Notes: generated by a model not told the origin, from the letters alone. Counted from the stretch's first letter, positions 47,174 to 58,885 are shown. The stretch: DNA of 64,000 nt from Candidatus Versatilivorator sp. (GCA_965207735.1 OZ242296.1:4096001-4160000); one strand, 5' to 3'. Numbers and translations are program-made.

Positions 47174-47273
47174 TTCCCCTGCCGCCGGCCGTCTATTCAC
47201 GGGTCCCACCCAGGTTTATAGACGCTACCGACAGGGTTTTCACATGAGTTTCACATGGGTTCACACATGGGTC

Positions 47274-47301
47274 TTGACAAGCAACCTCGTTGTACTAGAA
47301 T
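47274..47301 (+). promoter_or_regulatory. Sigma70-type promoter upstream of purC
   Basis: TTGACA-16 nt-TAGAAT, preceded by three TCACATG-like direct repeats. Confidence 0.55.
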
Positions 47302-47412
47302 GGCCACCTCCTGCTGGAAAAATCCGGGCAAGCCGAAAGCCACGGGCTGGTTCGAGGGTCTTCTCCCCATTCCCGCCTGACACTCCCAAACGAAAGGAGA
47401 GCGTGCAATCCC

Positions 47413-48312
47413 ATGGCCGAAGAGAGCCTGCAAACCAAGGTGAATTTACCCGACCATCATCTGGTCGGCAGAGGCAAGGTCCGTGACATCTACGAAATTG
47501 GCGACCACCTGCTGATCATCGCCACCGACAGAATTTCCGCCTTCGACTACGTGCTGGCCAGCGGCATTCCCAACAAGGGACGCATCCTGACCCAGATGTC
47601 GCTCTTCTGGTTCGAGCGCATCGGCGAAATCGTTCCCCACCACCTGGTGACCGCCAGGGTCGAGGAGTTCCCGGCCGATCTTCAGCCCTATGCCCAGGTG
47701 CTGGCCGGACGATCCATGCTGGTGAAGAAATCCGAGGTCTTTCCGGTGGAATGCGTGGTCAGGGGCTACCTGGCCGGATCGGGCTGGAAGGAGTACCGGC
47801 AGTCCCAGTCGGTCTGCGGCATCGGGTTGCCTGCCCGACTGCCCGAATCGGCCCGTCTGGAGGAACCTCTATTTACTCCCGCCACCAAGGCCACCACTGG
47901 TCACGACGAAAATATCTCCTTTGAACGGATGGTGGACCTGATCGGGCAGGACACGGCCGAGCGCCTTCGTGAAATCAGTTTGGACATCTACTGCAAGGCT
48001 CGCGACTATGCGGCTTCCAAGGGCTTCATCATTGCCGACACCAAGTTCGAGTTCGGCACCTACCAGGGCGACATCATTCTGATCGACGAGGTCCTGACTC
48101 CGGACTCTTCCCGGTTCTGGCTGGCTTCCGACTACCAGCCCGGAAAACCCCAGCAGCCCTTCGACAAGCAGTTCGTACGGAACTACCTGGAAGAGATTCA
48201 GTGGGACAAGAAGCCCCCCGCACCCAATCTGCCCGACTGGGTCGTGGAGGCAACCAGCCGAAAGTACATGGATGCTTTCGAGCGCCTCACCGGCAGAAAA
48301 CTGGATGGCTGA
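47413..48312 (+). CDS. purC: SAICAR synthetase
   Basis: GKVRDIY, TDRISAFD, ECVVRGYL.GS, ADTKFEFG, DEVLTPDSSRFW and DKQFVR. Confidence 0.97.
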   Translation: MAEESLQTKVNLPDHHLVGRGKVRDIYEIGDHLLIIATDRISAFDYVLASGIPNKGRILTQMSLFWFERIGEIVPHHLVTARVEEFPADLQPYAQVLAGRSMLVKKSEVFPVECVVRGYLAGSGWKEYRQSQSVCGIGLPARLPESARLEEPLFTPATKATTGHDENISFERMVDLIGQDTAERLREISLDIYCKARDYAASKGFIIADTKFEFGTYQGDIILIDEVLTPDSSRFWLASDYQPGKPQQPFDKQFVRNYLEEIQWDKKPPAPNLPDWVVEATSRKYMDAFERLTGRKLDG

Positions 48313-48431
48313 ATGCCGGGAGTTTGCCCTGCAGAGGGCCTGCCCTTGAAGTGTGTTCCCATTAATTAACCGCACAATCGATTGAACAAGGGGCCTCTTC
48401 CCTGTTCATGACAGATTTCAGTCTCTATTCA

Positions 48432-48487
48432 CACGCTGAAGGAAAAAATCCGGCGCCATTGTCACGCCCCCCGGTGAGAAATGCGGG
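48432..48487 (-). mobile_element. Remnant of the IS1380-type MITE end, overlapping the start of the PHP gene
   Basis: CACGCTGAAGGAAAAAATCCGGCGCCATTGTCACGCCCCCCGGTGAGAAATGCGGG followed by CTAG is the reverse complement of the MITE left end. Confidence 0.75.
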
Positions 48488-49365
48488 CTAGCTTCTACGA
48501 TCTGCACATTCACTCGAATTACTCCAGCGACGCCGACCATCCCCCCCGGCTTCTCTTTGAAATGGCTTGCGAGGCCGGCCTTGCCGGTCTTGCCATCTCC
48601 GACCACGATACGGTGGCGGCCATGGCCGAAGGGACGCAGTTGGCTCGGGAATTTCCCCTCGAGTTCTACCCGAACGTAGAGATCAGCACCCATTACGGGA
48701 CCCGCAAGTTCCACGTGCTGGCTCCCCTGGTCGATTACCAGTCTGCCGAGTTGCAGTCAAAGCTTCAGGGCTTGGCAGAAGGAAGACGCCAACTGGCGAA
48801 AGCCAGGGTTGACCGGCTTCGGGATCTGGGCTTCGAGATTACCTTTGAGGAGGTCATCCGAGGGTCCGGCAACCCGATACCGACCGGCCCGGCCATCGCT
48901 CAAACCCTTCTGGCAAAACCCGAATCCCAGGAGTCCCCCAGGTTGCACCGCTATCTCCATGGGAATGACTCCGCTCGAGGGGTCATTGCCTTTTATCGAG
49001 ACTTCTTTGCCCGGGGGAAACCCGCCTTTGCCGAGATGAAGAGGCTGGGAACCCTGGAAGCCCTGCAGTTGATCCGCCGGTCCGGGGGTGTTCCCGTGCT
49101 GGCCCACCCGGGGGCTCCCGGCTACGAGGCTGACGAGAATGTTCTGCAGACGTTTGTCGCCCACGGGCTGGCGGGGCTGGAGGTCTATTCCTCCTACCAC
49201 GAGCCCCAGTCCACTCGACGTTTCTCGGACTGGGCGGCGCGCTGGGATCTGGTGAGGACCGCGGGCTCGGATTTTCACGGAAGAGTCAAACCCCACGTCA
49301 GTATTGGCTCCGTCAAAGCCCGCGGCAGAGAGATGATTGAAGAGTTGATGGAAAGGAAGGGCTGA
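48481..49365 (+). CDS. PHP-domain phosphoesterase (TrpH/YciV-like)
   Basis: DLHIHS..SD, AISDHDT, VEIST, VLAHP, GLEVY and GSDFHG. Confidence 0.9.
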   Translation: MRASFYDLHIHSNYSSDADHPPRLLFEMACEAGLAGLAISDHDTVAAMAEGTQLAREFPLEFYPNVEISTHYGTRKFHVLAPLVDYQSAELQSKLQGLAEGRRQLAKARVDRLRDLGFEITFEEVIRGSGNPIPTGPAIAQTLLAKPESQESPRLHRYLHGNDSARGVIAFYRDFFARGKPAFAEMKRLGTLEALQLIRRSGGVPVLAHPGAPGYEADENVLQTFVAHGLAGLEVYSSYHEPQSTRRFSDWAARWDLVRTAGSDFHGRVKPHVSIGSVKARGREMIEELMERKG

Positions 49366-49369
49366 TTGG

Positions 49370-49936
49370 ATGGAGCCTCTCCACGACCTGAACTCCCTCG
49401 ACTGGGTCATCCTGGCGGTGGTGTTTGTCTCCGTGGCGGGTAGTCTCCTGAAGGGCTTCGCCCGAGAGTCCATCTCTCTGGGGTCGGTCGTGGTTGGAAT
49501 CGTGCTGGCTTCCTGGTTTTACCCCACGACCACGAGCTTTTTTCTTCAGTTCGTCAGCGGCCAGGACCTAGCCGCCATCCTGGGCTTTGTGACGATATTT
49601 TGCGGTTGTCTGATTGCAGGCGCCCTCGTCTCCTCCTTTGTCCACAAATTCGTGCGACTGGCTCACCTGCAGTGGTTCGATCGCCTGCTGGGAGCTGCCT
49701 TCGGCCTGATTCGGGGGTGGATGATCGCTGCCGTTATGGTTCTGCTCCTGACGGCCTTCCCGGTGAGGCTGGCCAGCATCCAGGAGGCCAGATTGGCGCC
49801 CTTCCTGCTGGTCAGCGCCCGTGTCCTGATCCTGGTCACCCCCCAGTCTCTGAAGGATCGATTCATGGAAGGCTACGGCCAAGTGGAGAGATTCTGGCGG
49901 GAACAGTCCGAGCCGCCGAGCGAAGAGGAGGCATAG
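49370..49936 (+). CDS. cvpA: CvpA family (colicin V production) membrane protein
   Basis: DWVIL, KGFARE and DRLLGAAFGLIRG; purine-gene context. Confidence 0.85.
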   Translation: MEPLHDLNSLDWVILAVVFVSVAGSLLKGFARESISLGSVVVGIVLASWFYPTTTSFFLQFVSGQDLAAILGFVTIFCGCLIAGALVSSFVHKFVRLAHLQWFDRLLGAAFGLIRGWMIAAVMVLLLTAFPVRLASIQEARLAPFLLVSARVLILVTPQSLKDRFMEGYGQVERFWREQSEPPSEEEA

Positions 49937-50075
49937 GCCGCATTTCGCTGTCTGTGCAGGGTCCTTTTCAACCGGGAGTGAGGCGCCGAACCACTTTCAG
50001 CCCGTGGGTCGGGAGTATAGCCGGGTCTCAAGGCGTTTCGGAGGCGCGGCGCGGCAAACTGATGGGGATTCGATC

Positions 50076-50321
50076 GTGAAAGACCAACTGCACCGACTGA
50101 TCACCGAGTTGCTGGATCGCGGGCTACTCTTGGAAGAAGCCACCAAGGAATTTGAAAAACAGTTTATCATGAAGTGTTTAGAGCGATCCGGGGGCAATCG
50201 GACCCAGGCCGCCAACACGTTGGGAATCCACCGCAACACCCTGCAGAAAAAGCTTTCCGCCTCCAACCACTCCCAGCCCCGAAAAAAAGCCGGGCCACCC
50301 AAAAAACGCTTGACTCGGTAG
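50076..50321 (+). CDS. Small Fis-family helix-turn-helix protein
   Basis: FEKQFI..CLE...GNRTQAANTLGIHRNTL.KKL. GTG start inferred. Confidence 0.8.
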   Translation: MKDQLHRLITELLDRGLLLEEATKEFEKQFIMKCLERSGGNRTQAANTLGIHRNTLQKKLSASNHSQPRKKAGPPKKRLTR

Positions 50322-50338
50322 GGACCCGTTCCTATTAT
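50310..50338 (+). promoter_or_regulatory. Sigma70-type promoter of groES-groEL
   Basis: TTGACT-17 nt-TATTAT abutting the CIRCE. Confidence 0.75.
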
Positions 50339-50364
50339 TAGCACTCTCGGATCTGGAGTGCTAA
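50338..50364. promoter_or_regulatory. CIRCE element (HrcA operator)
   Basis: Exact TTAGCACTC-N9-GAGTGCTAA upstream of groES. Confidence 0.97.
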
Positions 50365-50419
50365 CAACCCCGATCCGAACTGAGACTGGTCACACTTGGA
50401 ATAGAAAGGAGATCCCAGT

Positions 50420-50716
50420 ATGAAGGTCAGACCGCTCCACGACCGGATACTGATCAAGCGCATCGAGGAGACTGAAAACGTCAGGGGTGGGATTATCATT
50501 CCCGACACCGCCAAGGAGAAACCCCAGGAGGGGATCGTGGCGGCGGTTGGAAACGGAAAGATCCTGGACGATGGCACGCGCTTGAGCTTGGAGGTCAAAG
50601 AAGGCGATCGCATCCTATTCGGCAAATATTCGGGCACCGACATCAAGATTGAAGGTGAGGAATACCTCATCCTGAGGGAAGACGAGGTCCTCGGTATCCT
50701 TGCGGACGCCGGCTAG
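50420..50716 (+). CDS. groES: Co-chaperonin GroES
   Basis: [22 protein letters not shown] and KYSGT. Confidence 0.98.
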   Translation: MKVRPLHDRILIKRIEETENVRGGIIIPDTAKEKPQEGIVAAVGNGKILDDGTRLSLEVKEGDRILFGKYSGTDIKIEGEEYLILREDEVLGILADAG

Positions 50717-50785
50717 CAGGCCGTGGCGTCCCCCCGGGCCAATCCGGCCTCGATAGATCAACCCACGAAAAACATGGAGGAATGA

Positions 50786-52408
<1,623 letters not shown>

Positions 52409-52432
52409 CGGCCGGTTCGGAACAATAACCGC

Positions 52433-52468
52433 AAAGCCACCGGAGCCCGCTCCGGTGGCTTTTTTTTT
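52433..52468 (+). terminator. Rho-independent terminator after groEL
   Basis: AAAGCCACCGGAGC-CC-GCTCCGGTGGCTTT perfect hairpin followed by a T-run. Confidence 0.92.
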
Positions 52469-52519
52469 GCGCGACGGAAATACGGAAGTGAACCACGAAT
52501 GGACACTAGTGAATACTAG

Positions 52520-52777
52520 TTTCTCTTGAAAAAAGAAGTGTTTCGAGTCGTCGGTTGCGCGGTGGAAGTTCTCAGCAGGCTAGGGAATTGCTTTGTGGAA
52601 AAGCTATAGGAAATTCACTGGTTTAGGAAAGCGTTGTAGGCACCAAGACGAATGAAGGGATTACCAATTTGGAACGGGGCCAGATTTGTTGACTACCTGA
52701 AGATGACGCAACTCAGAATCGGAATGATCCTTAGTTTCAAGCGTCCACAACTTGAATGGGAGAGGCTGGTTCCATGA
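52520..52777 (+). pseudogene. GxxExxY-family (PD-(D/E)xK nuclease-like) pseudogene
   Basis: FLLKKEVFRVVGCAVEVLSRLGNCFVEKL* (Tyr codon changed to stop), a central deletion, then ITNLERGQI / DYLKMTQLRIGMILSFKRPQLEWERLVP*. AT-rich and flanked by CACGAA/TTCGTG inverted motifs. Confidence 0.75.
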
Positions 52778-52825
52778 CCCTATTCGTGTTTTTTCGTGAT
52801 TCTATTCCCTTAACCGCGGACCGGA

Positions 52826-54217
52826 TTAGAGGTTCAGGAAGATCGAAAATTCAGCCCCTCCCCGGTCGATATTCTTCCATTCCAGCCGGCCGCCGTGGGC
52901 TTCCACGATCCGCTGGGCTATGGGCAAGCCCAAACCCGTCCCGCCGCGCTTGCTCGAATAAAAGAGGTCAAACAGCCGGCCGGATTCCTCCTCCGAGACT
53001 CCGGTACCGCTATCGCGAACCCACACCGCCAAACGGCCCGACTCCCGCCTGGCCCCCATTGAGATCCGGCGCGGTCCGTCCCCACTGGCCAGGACCGATT
53101 CCCTGGCATTGACCAGCAGGTTCATCAAGGCCTGCTGCAACAAGTCGCGGTCTCCCCGAACCTCCAGCATCCCCGGTCCATCCTGCCTCACCAGCTCGAT
53201 TCCTGCGCTGTCACATTCCTTGGCCACAAGCTGGACCACCTGATCCAGCACCCGGGGCAGTGCAACCACCTGGCGATCCAGCTTCAAGGGTTTGGCATAG
53301 ACCAGGAAATTGCGCGCCAACCGCTCCAACCGCCGAATCTCGGACTTGGCCCCGGCCAGTAGTTGGGCCATCTCCTCGGAATGCGCCCGAGACTCGGAAA
53401 CTTCCTCTTCGATCATCTGCAGATTCAGGTTGATGGCGCTCAAAGGGTTCCGGATCTCATGGGCCAACCCGCTGGCCAGCATCCCCAGCACTGCCAGCCG
53501 GTCGGCCGTGTGGGCTTCGGCCTCGATCAGCTGGGCTCGCTTGAGCAGCCAGCGCACATAGAACATGGCCACCAGCAGAAGCGCCAGCACCACCGAGGAG
53601 GCCATTAGAACCTGCTGGTTGATCCGGCTCTGATCTACAGCCACCCGGCTGGCAATCAGGGTGTTGTCGAAACCGAAATGGATAAGCAGCCTCAATTGAC
53701 CCTTGGATACCACCGGTTCGACCCAGTCGGTGATGCGCTCCCCCGGATTGCTGACCGAAGCGATTTCCTGCCTTGCCCTGGAGGACAGAATGAGGTCCGT
53801 AAAGTGGCTCTGCTCCAGTTCCCTTCCCATCTGCAAGCGGCGCCAAAGCAGCTCTCCCCGGGGATGCTGGGCAAAAACGTAGACGACCTGGTCGTCGCCG
53901 GCCAATAACTCCTCCAGATACCCTTCCATGTGCTGCCGGCGGCGAAGTTCATCGGCAGGATCGGTGCCCGGCAGCTCCAGATCGAGGAGACGGATCTGAT
54001 TCTCGATCCGATCCTGCAAATCGTCGCGCAATGCCTCCATTACAAGCTCCACCCGCTCGCTTGCCCAGCGGTTGGCCAAATCGATCAGCGAAAAGGCGAT
54101 GGCCCCGATCACCACCAGAAAGAGAGCGGAGCTGATAAAGAGGTGGCGCCTGAAGATCGGCTTGCCCTTGACGCGGGTTCGAAAAGACGTCCGATCTGTG
54201 CTGGAGGGGTCGGCCAC
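52826..54217 (-). CDS. Membrane sensor histidine kinase
   Basis: Two TM segments; GLAHEIRNPL; NLLVNA; DSGTG; FYSSKRGGTGLGL. Confidence 0.9.
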   Translation of the reverse strand: MADPSSTDRTSFRTRVKGKPIFRRHLFISSALFLVVIGAIAFSLIDLANRWASERVELVMEALRDDLQDRIENQIRLLDLELPGTDPADELRRRQHMEGYLEELLAGDDQVVYVFAQHPRGELLWRRLQMGRELEQSHFTDLILSSRARQEIASVSNPGERITDWVEPVVSKGQLRLLIHFGFDNTLIASRVAVDQSRINQQVLMASSVVLALLLVAMFYVRWLLKRAQLIEAEAHTADRLAVLGMLASGLAHEIRNPLSAINLNLQMIEEEVSESRAHSEEMAQLLAGAKSEIRRLERLARNFLVYAKPLKLDRQVVALPRVLDQVVQLVAKECDSAGIELVRQDGPGMLEVRGDRDLLQQALMNLLVNARESVLASGDGPRRISMGARRESGRLAVWVRDSGTGVSEEESGRLFDLFYSSKRGGTGLGLPIAQRIVEAHGGRLEWKNIDRGGAEFSIFLNL

Positions 54218-54271
54218 GGCAGGTCACGGAGCGGGCGGCTCCTTCAGAGGAAAAACAGCCGATTGTCTCTG

Positions 54272-54400
54272 GAGCCTTTTGCAAGATTCGCAACGGGGTA
54301 GGTCATTTTGCCGGCAAACGTGATGTTCTGCCTTTTTCAATATCGGGTGCGACTTGGTGAAAAATGCTGTCTAAGCACAAAAGCCACAAAACGAATTTAT
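54272..54400 (+). repeat. Partial copy of the GAGCC-ended MITE
   Basis: GAGCCTTTTGCAAGATT...GGTCATTTTGCCGGCAA.CGTGA.GTTCTGCCT..TTCAATA..CGGGTGCGACTTGGTGAAAAATG matches about 11989-12085. Confidence 0.75.
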
Positions 54401-54433
54401 CGTATGCCTTCTCGAGTAAGGGGCGGAGGAACC

Positions 54434-55204
54434 TCAGTCGGAATCCTCGCCCCTCAGGCGCCTTTTGCCGAAGATCCAGGCTACCAGGATGCCTACCAGG
54501 TACAGCAAGAGCATGGGCGCGGCGAATACCATCAAGGTTGGGATGTCCGGCGTTGGCGTGATGACGGCTGCTGTAATGAAAATTATGAGGACGGCATAGC
54601 GGAGATTCCTCAACAGGAATCGGGCATTGGTGACGCCCATGATGGAGAGGAAGAAGATGACGATCGGAATTTCGAAAATGATGGCGCATCCCAGAATGAC
54701 GACCAGAGCGAAGTCGAAGTAGAAGGTAGCAGTCACGATCTCCTGAAAGTTCTGGCCGAAATTGGTGAGAAAGTTCAAGGTCATGGGAAGGCCGACCGTG
54801 TAGGCAAAGATCCCCCCCAGTGCAAAGAGAAGGCTGGAGGAAAGCAGGAAGGGTATGGCGTATCGCTTTTCCCGGGAATAGAGGCCGGGGGCAATGAACA
54901 ACCAGACCTGCCACAGAACTACCGGAGAGGCCAGAAAGATCCCGGCGTAGAAAGAAGCCTTCATGTAGATCATGAAGGGCTCGGTGGGGCTCAGATAGGT
55001 GAGCTTGCTGTCCCCCAGGTGCTGGGTAATCGGAACCGACAGGAACTCGAAGATTCTCTCGTGAAAGATCCAGCAGGCAACGAAACTGATGCCTACCGCA
55101 GCGATGGCGACGATGATACGCCGGCGCAACTCGTCCAGATGATCCAGAAAGGACATCTTGCCGGACGTCGCAAGCTCGTTGTCGTCCCTTGGGTCAGTGT
55201 CCAT
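54434..55204 (-). CDS. tatC: Twin-arginine translocase subunit TatC
   Basis: MSFLDHLDELRRR, WLFIAPGLY..EK, FEIP and AAVITPTPD. Confidence 0.96.
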   Translation of the reverse strand: MDTDPRDDNELATSGKMSFLDHLDELRRRIIVAIAAVGISFVACWIFHERIFEFLSVPITQHLGDSKLTYLSPTEPFMIYMKASFYAGIFLASPVVLWQVWLFIAPGLYSREKRYAIPFLLSSSLLFALGGIFAYTVGLPMTLNFLTNFGQNFQEIVTATFYFDFALVVILGCAIIFEIPIVIFFLSIMGVTNARFLLRNLRYAVLIIFITAAVITPTPDIPTLMVFAAPMLLLYLVGILVAWIFGKRRLRGEDSD

Positions 55205-55649
55205 CCGGCTTGGTTTCAGGCTTGGGCTCCGAGCTCGAGCCGGATGAGGAGGCTATCGCAGCCTCCGGCTCCCGGCCGGCGTCGCCTTCAGAAGGATGGG
55301 AGGGTGCTTCAGGCTTCTCTTCGGCGGAGACAGCTTCCGCCGCAACATCACCGCCTTCCGCTTCGGAAGAGGTCGGTGCCGCCGCTTCCTCCCCGGTATC
55401 GACGGCCGGTGCAGGGTCGGCAGTTGCAGCTTCCGCCGGCTTTTCCAGCTTGGGCGGGGGAGGGGGAGGTTCATATTCCGCCGCGCGAACCTCTTCCTCC
55501 AGGGTATTTCTGAGTTCGTTGGAGGCGCGTCGGAACTCGGAGAGTCCCCGGCCGAGAGATTTCCCCAACTCAGGCAGCTTGCGTGGCCCGAATACCAGCA
55601 ACGCCACCACAAAAATGATGATCAACTCGGGTACGCCGATGGGTCCCAT
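55194..55649 (-). CDS. tatA: Twin-arginine translocase TatA/TatB-family subunit
   Basis: IGVPELIIIFVVALLVFGPRKLPELGKSLG.GL.EFR, followed by a long acidic tail. Confidence 0.88.
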   Translation of the reverse strand: MGPIGVPELIIIFVVALLVFGPRKLPELGKSLGRGLSEFRRASNELRNTLEEEVRAAEYEPPPPPPKLEKPAEAATADPAPAVDTGEEAAAPTSSEAEGGDVAAEAVSAEEKPEAPSHPSEGDAGREPEAAIASSSGSSSEPKPETKPDGH

Positions 55650-55773
55650 CCGTTCCTCCAAACGTACCGAATCATAATTGGAGCAGGATTACAAGTCAAG
55701 GCAGGGCTTCCCGTTTGAGGCTTTACTTCGATTGGAGGCCGGTGCTATATTTGGGCCAAGTTAAGGGGTGGGT

Positions 55774-57351
55774 ATGCAAAGACTTCGTTCCTGGACCACG
55801 GTCGTTACCGTGATCGTTATCGCCTCCCTGGTTGGAGGTTTCTGGGGGAGGCCGGTACAAGCGACCGCCCAGTCCAGCGTCCGTGAACACCTGGTCAACG
55901 TCTACGCCCAGGTGCTCGATCTGGCCGAGAAGTACTACGCCGACGAAATCGACGTTGAAAAGAGCGTCCACGCCTCCCTGCGAAGCATGCTGAAGACGCT
56001 GGACCCGCATTCCAACTTCTTTGACGCCAAGCAGTTCGCCCAGTTCCGGGAAGACCAGCGAGGAAATTTCTATGGGCTGGGCATCATCATCTCCATGAGA
56101 AATGCCAAGCCCACCGTCATTACGCCCATTCCCGGGACCCCCGCATACCGGCTGGGCATACGCTCCGGGGACGTCATTGCCAAGATTGAAGGGAGTCTGA
56201 CCGAGGGACTGGACATTCAGGAAGTCGTGGAAAAGCTGCGGGGCCCCAAGGGAACGGTGGTCAACATCTCCATAGACCGAGCCGGAATCCCGAAATTGCT
56301 GGATATGGCCGTCATCCGCGATGAAATCCCCCATCACAGTGTCCCCTTCGCCTTCTTCTTCCGCCCCGGCATCGGTTACATCAAGCTCAGTACTTTCAAC
56401 GAGACCACCAACAGGGAGGTTCAAGAAAGCCTGGAAGAACTGGGAACGGATCTGAAGGGTCTGATCTTCGACCTGAGATCCAATCCCGGAGGGTACCTGC
56501 AGGCTGCCATTCAGGTGGCGGACAAGTTCCTGGAGAAGGGCCAGAAAGTCTTGATTACCGATGGACGCACGGCGAGCGCCAAGCAGTCCTACGAAGCTCC
56601 CAGAGGATCGGGGGGAGTTCGGTTCCCCCTGGTGGTGCTCATCAATACCGGCAGCGCCAGCGCTTCCGAAATCGTGGCCGGGGCCATCCAGGACCACGAT
56701 CGCGGTTTGTTGGTAGGCGAGGTCAGTTTCGGCAAGGGCTTGGTTCAAACGGTCTATCCCCTCGACAACGGCGCAGGAGTCTCCCTCACCACCGCCAAGT
56801 GGCACACTCCCAGTGGCCGGCTCATCCAGAGAGATTACGCCAACCAGTCCTATATCGACTATTACTACGCCAGAAACAAGGATCCCGAGAAAAGACAGGT
56901 CTACTACACCGACAGCGGCCGCGAGGTTTACGGGGGGGGCGGCATTACTCCGGATTTCCAGGTCAAAGCCAATAAGATCAATGAATTCCAGCTGCTGCTC
57001 ACCAGCAAGGGAATGATTTTCAGCTTCATCCGCACCTATAATGCCAACCATCCCACGGTAGACCGGAATTTCCATACGACACCTGAAATTCTGAAAGAGT
57101 TCCAGACTTATCTGACCAGCCAGAAGCTCGTCTTCAAGGAAAGCGACTTTACGGACAACCTGGATTTCATCAAGTTCCAGATGCGCTACGAATACTTTCT
57201 CTCTCGGGTAGGTCAAGCCGAAGCTCACAAGGTTTTCCTGGAGAACGACCCCCAATTCGCCAAGGCCCTCGAGGTGCTTCCTCAGGCCAAGACTCTTATC
57301 AGCCGTGACCCGGGCGATCCTGACTTGCTGGTCAAGAAGCAGGGAGATTGA
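55774..57351 (+). CDS. S41 family C-terminal processing peptidase (CtpA/Prc-like)
   Basis: LDPHS, PDZ domain, DLRSNPGG, SASASEI (catalytic Ser), FGKGLVQ and GGITPD. Confidence 0.93.
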   Translation: MQRLRSWTTVVTVIVIASLVGGFWGRPVQATAQSSVREHLVNVYAQVLDLAEKYYADEIDVEKSVHASLRSMLKTLDPHSNFFDAKQFAQFREDQRGNFYGLGIIISMRNAKPTVITPIPGTPAYRLGIRSGDVIAKIEGSLTEGLDIQEVVEKLRGPKGTVVNISIDRAGIPKLLDMAVIRDEIPHHSVPFAFFFRPGIGYIKLSTFNETTNREVQESLEELGTDLKGLIFDLRSNPGGYLQAAIQVADKFLEKGQKVLITDGRTASAKQSYEAPRGSGGVRFPLVVLINTGSASASEIVAGAIQDHDRGLLVGEVSFGKGLVQTVYPLDNGAGVSLTTAKWHTPSGRLIQRDYANQSYIDYYYARNKDPEKRQVYYTDSGREVYGGGGITPDFQVKANKINEFQLLLTSKGMIFSFIRTYNANHPTVDRNFHTTPEILKEFQTYLTSQKLVFKESDFTDNLDFIKFQMRYEYFLSRVGQAEAHKVFLENDPQFAKALEVLPQAKTLISRDPGDPDLLVKKQGD

Positions 57352-57436
57352 TCTATCCGGTTCCCTGTCGCGCTCCTCATACCCGAGCAGCACTCGACCC
57401 ACAGAATCTCGTCACTAGCCGCATCCACAAGATCCC

Positions 57437-58885
57437 ATGACCTCCATGACCTATGAAGCCGTCATTGGCCTCGAGGTTCACGCCCAACTGCTGACCCGAA
57501 CCAAGATCTTCTGCTCCTGCCCGACCCAATTCGGAGCCCCTCCCAATACCAATACCTGTCCGGTCTGTCTGGGTCTGCCCGGAGCACTTCCGGTGCTCAA
57601 TCGCGAGGCCGTCGTCATGGCCGCCAAAGCGGCAATGGCCCTCAACTGCCGCATCAATTCCCTTTCGATTTTTGCACGCAAGAATTATTTCTATCCCGAT
57701 CTTCCCAAGGGCTATCAGATCTCCCAATTCGACAAACCCCTGGCAGAGTTCGGTCACCTCGATCTCGATGAGAACGGCCATCGCCATCGGGTGGCGATCA
57801 AGCGGGTCCATCTGGAGGAAGATGCCGGCAAATCCATCCACGACGGATTTGCCGATTCCGATCGATACAGCTATATCGACTTGAATCGGAGCGGCACTCC
57901 ACTGATCGAAATCGTCAGCGAACCTGAGATCTATTCGCCGGCCCAGGCCCACGACTACCTCACCCGCATAAAGGTAATTCTCGAATACCTGCAAGTCTGC
58001 GACGGCAACATGGAAGAGGGTAGTCTCCGCTGCGACGCCAACGTGTCGATTCGCCCGGCCGGTTCAGGCACCCTCGGGACCAAGACCGAGCTCAAAAACC
58101 TGAACAGCTTTCGCTTCCTTCAGAAGGCGCTGGAATTTGAGATCGGCCGCCAGACCCGCCTCTTGCAGCAGGGAGGAACCGTCACCCAGGAAACCCGCCT
58201 CTGGAGCACAACCGAGCAGCGCACCTTCCCCATGCGCAGCAAGGAGGAGGCTCACGACTACCGCTATTTCCCCGAACCCGACCTGCCTCCGCTGGTGGTG
58301 GACACCGATTGGCAGGGTCGAATTCGCGCCGACATGCCGGAGTTGCCCGAAGAGAAAAAGCAGCGGTTCGTGGACCAGTACGCGATTCCGGACTACGACG
58401 CCGGCGTGCTCACCACCACGCGCGCCCTGGCCGATTTCTTCGAAAAAACCGCCGCCCGATCCAGCAATCCCAAGGCTGCTTCCAACTGGATCATGGGAGA
58501 TCTGTTGCGGGACCTCAAGGAGTTCAATCTCGACATCGAGTCATCTCCGGTCAGCCCGCTCCAATTGGCTGAATTGATCGGTTGCATCGACAGCAAAGAG
58601 ATCTCGGGCAAAATGGCCAAGGTTATCTTCGAGGTCATGTTTCGGGAGAAGAAGACCGCCGGGAAAGTGATCCGTGAAAAGGGCCTGAAGCAGATCACCG
58701 ATCCCGAAGCGATCACAGCCGTGATTGAAGAAGTCCTTGCGGCCAATCCCAAGATCCATGAACAGTACAAGGGCGGGAAGAAGGCCACATTCGGCTTCTT
58801 TGTGGGCCAGGTCATGAAGGCCACCAGAGGGCAGGCCAATCCGCGGTTGGTCAATGAACTGTTGAGAGCCAGGTTGGACGGTTAA
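57437..58885 (+). CDS. gatB: Asp/Glu-tRNA amidotransferase subunit B
   Basis: [41 protein letters not shown] and [10 protein letters not shown]. Confidence 0.97.
   Translation: MTSMTYEAVIGLEVHAQLLTRTKIFCSCPTQFGAPPNTNTCPVCLGLPGALPVLNREAVVMAAKAAMALNCRINSLSIFARKNYFYPDLPKGYQISQFDKPLAEFGHLDLDENGHRHRVAIKRVHLEEDAGKSIHDGFADSDRYSYIDLNRSGTPLIEIVSEPEIYSPAQAHDYLTRIKVILEYLQVCDGNMEEGSLRCDANVSIRPAGSGTLGTKTELKNLNSFRFLQKALEFEIGRQTRLLQQGGTVTQETRLWSTTEQRTFPMRSKEEAHDYRYFPEPDLPPLVVDTDWQGRIRADMPELPEEKKQRFVDQYAIPDYDAGVLTTTRALADFFEKTAARSSNPKAASNWIMGDLLRDLKEFNLDIESSPVSPLQLAELIGCIDSKEISGKMAKVIFEVMFREKKTAGKVIREKGLKQITDPEAITAVIEEVLAANPKIHEQYKGGKKATFGFFVGQVMKATRGQANPRLVNELLRARLDG

Noticed and set aside
47320-47400. Riboswitch-like words (GGGCAA..GAAAGCCACGGG) in the purC leader
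   Set aside because: Only fragments of the c-di-GMP-I or ZTP consensus are present, and I could not build the required stems. An Rfam scan is needed.
49940-50060. Possible small RNA between cvpA and the Fis-like gene
   Set aside because: No recognisable SRP, 6S, tmRNA or tRNA signature.
54308-55513. 401-aa plus-strand ORF
   Set aside because: It is antisense to tatC and tatA and starts inside a repeat.
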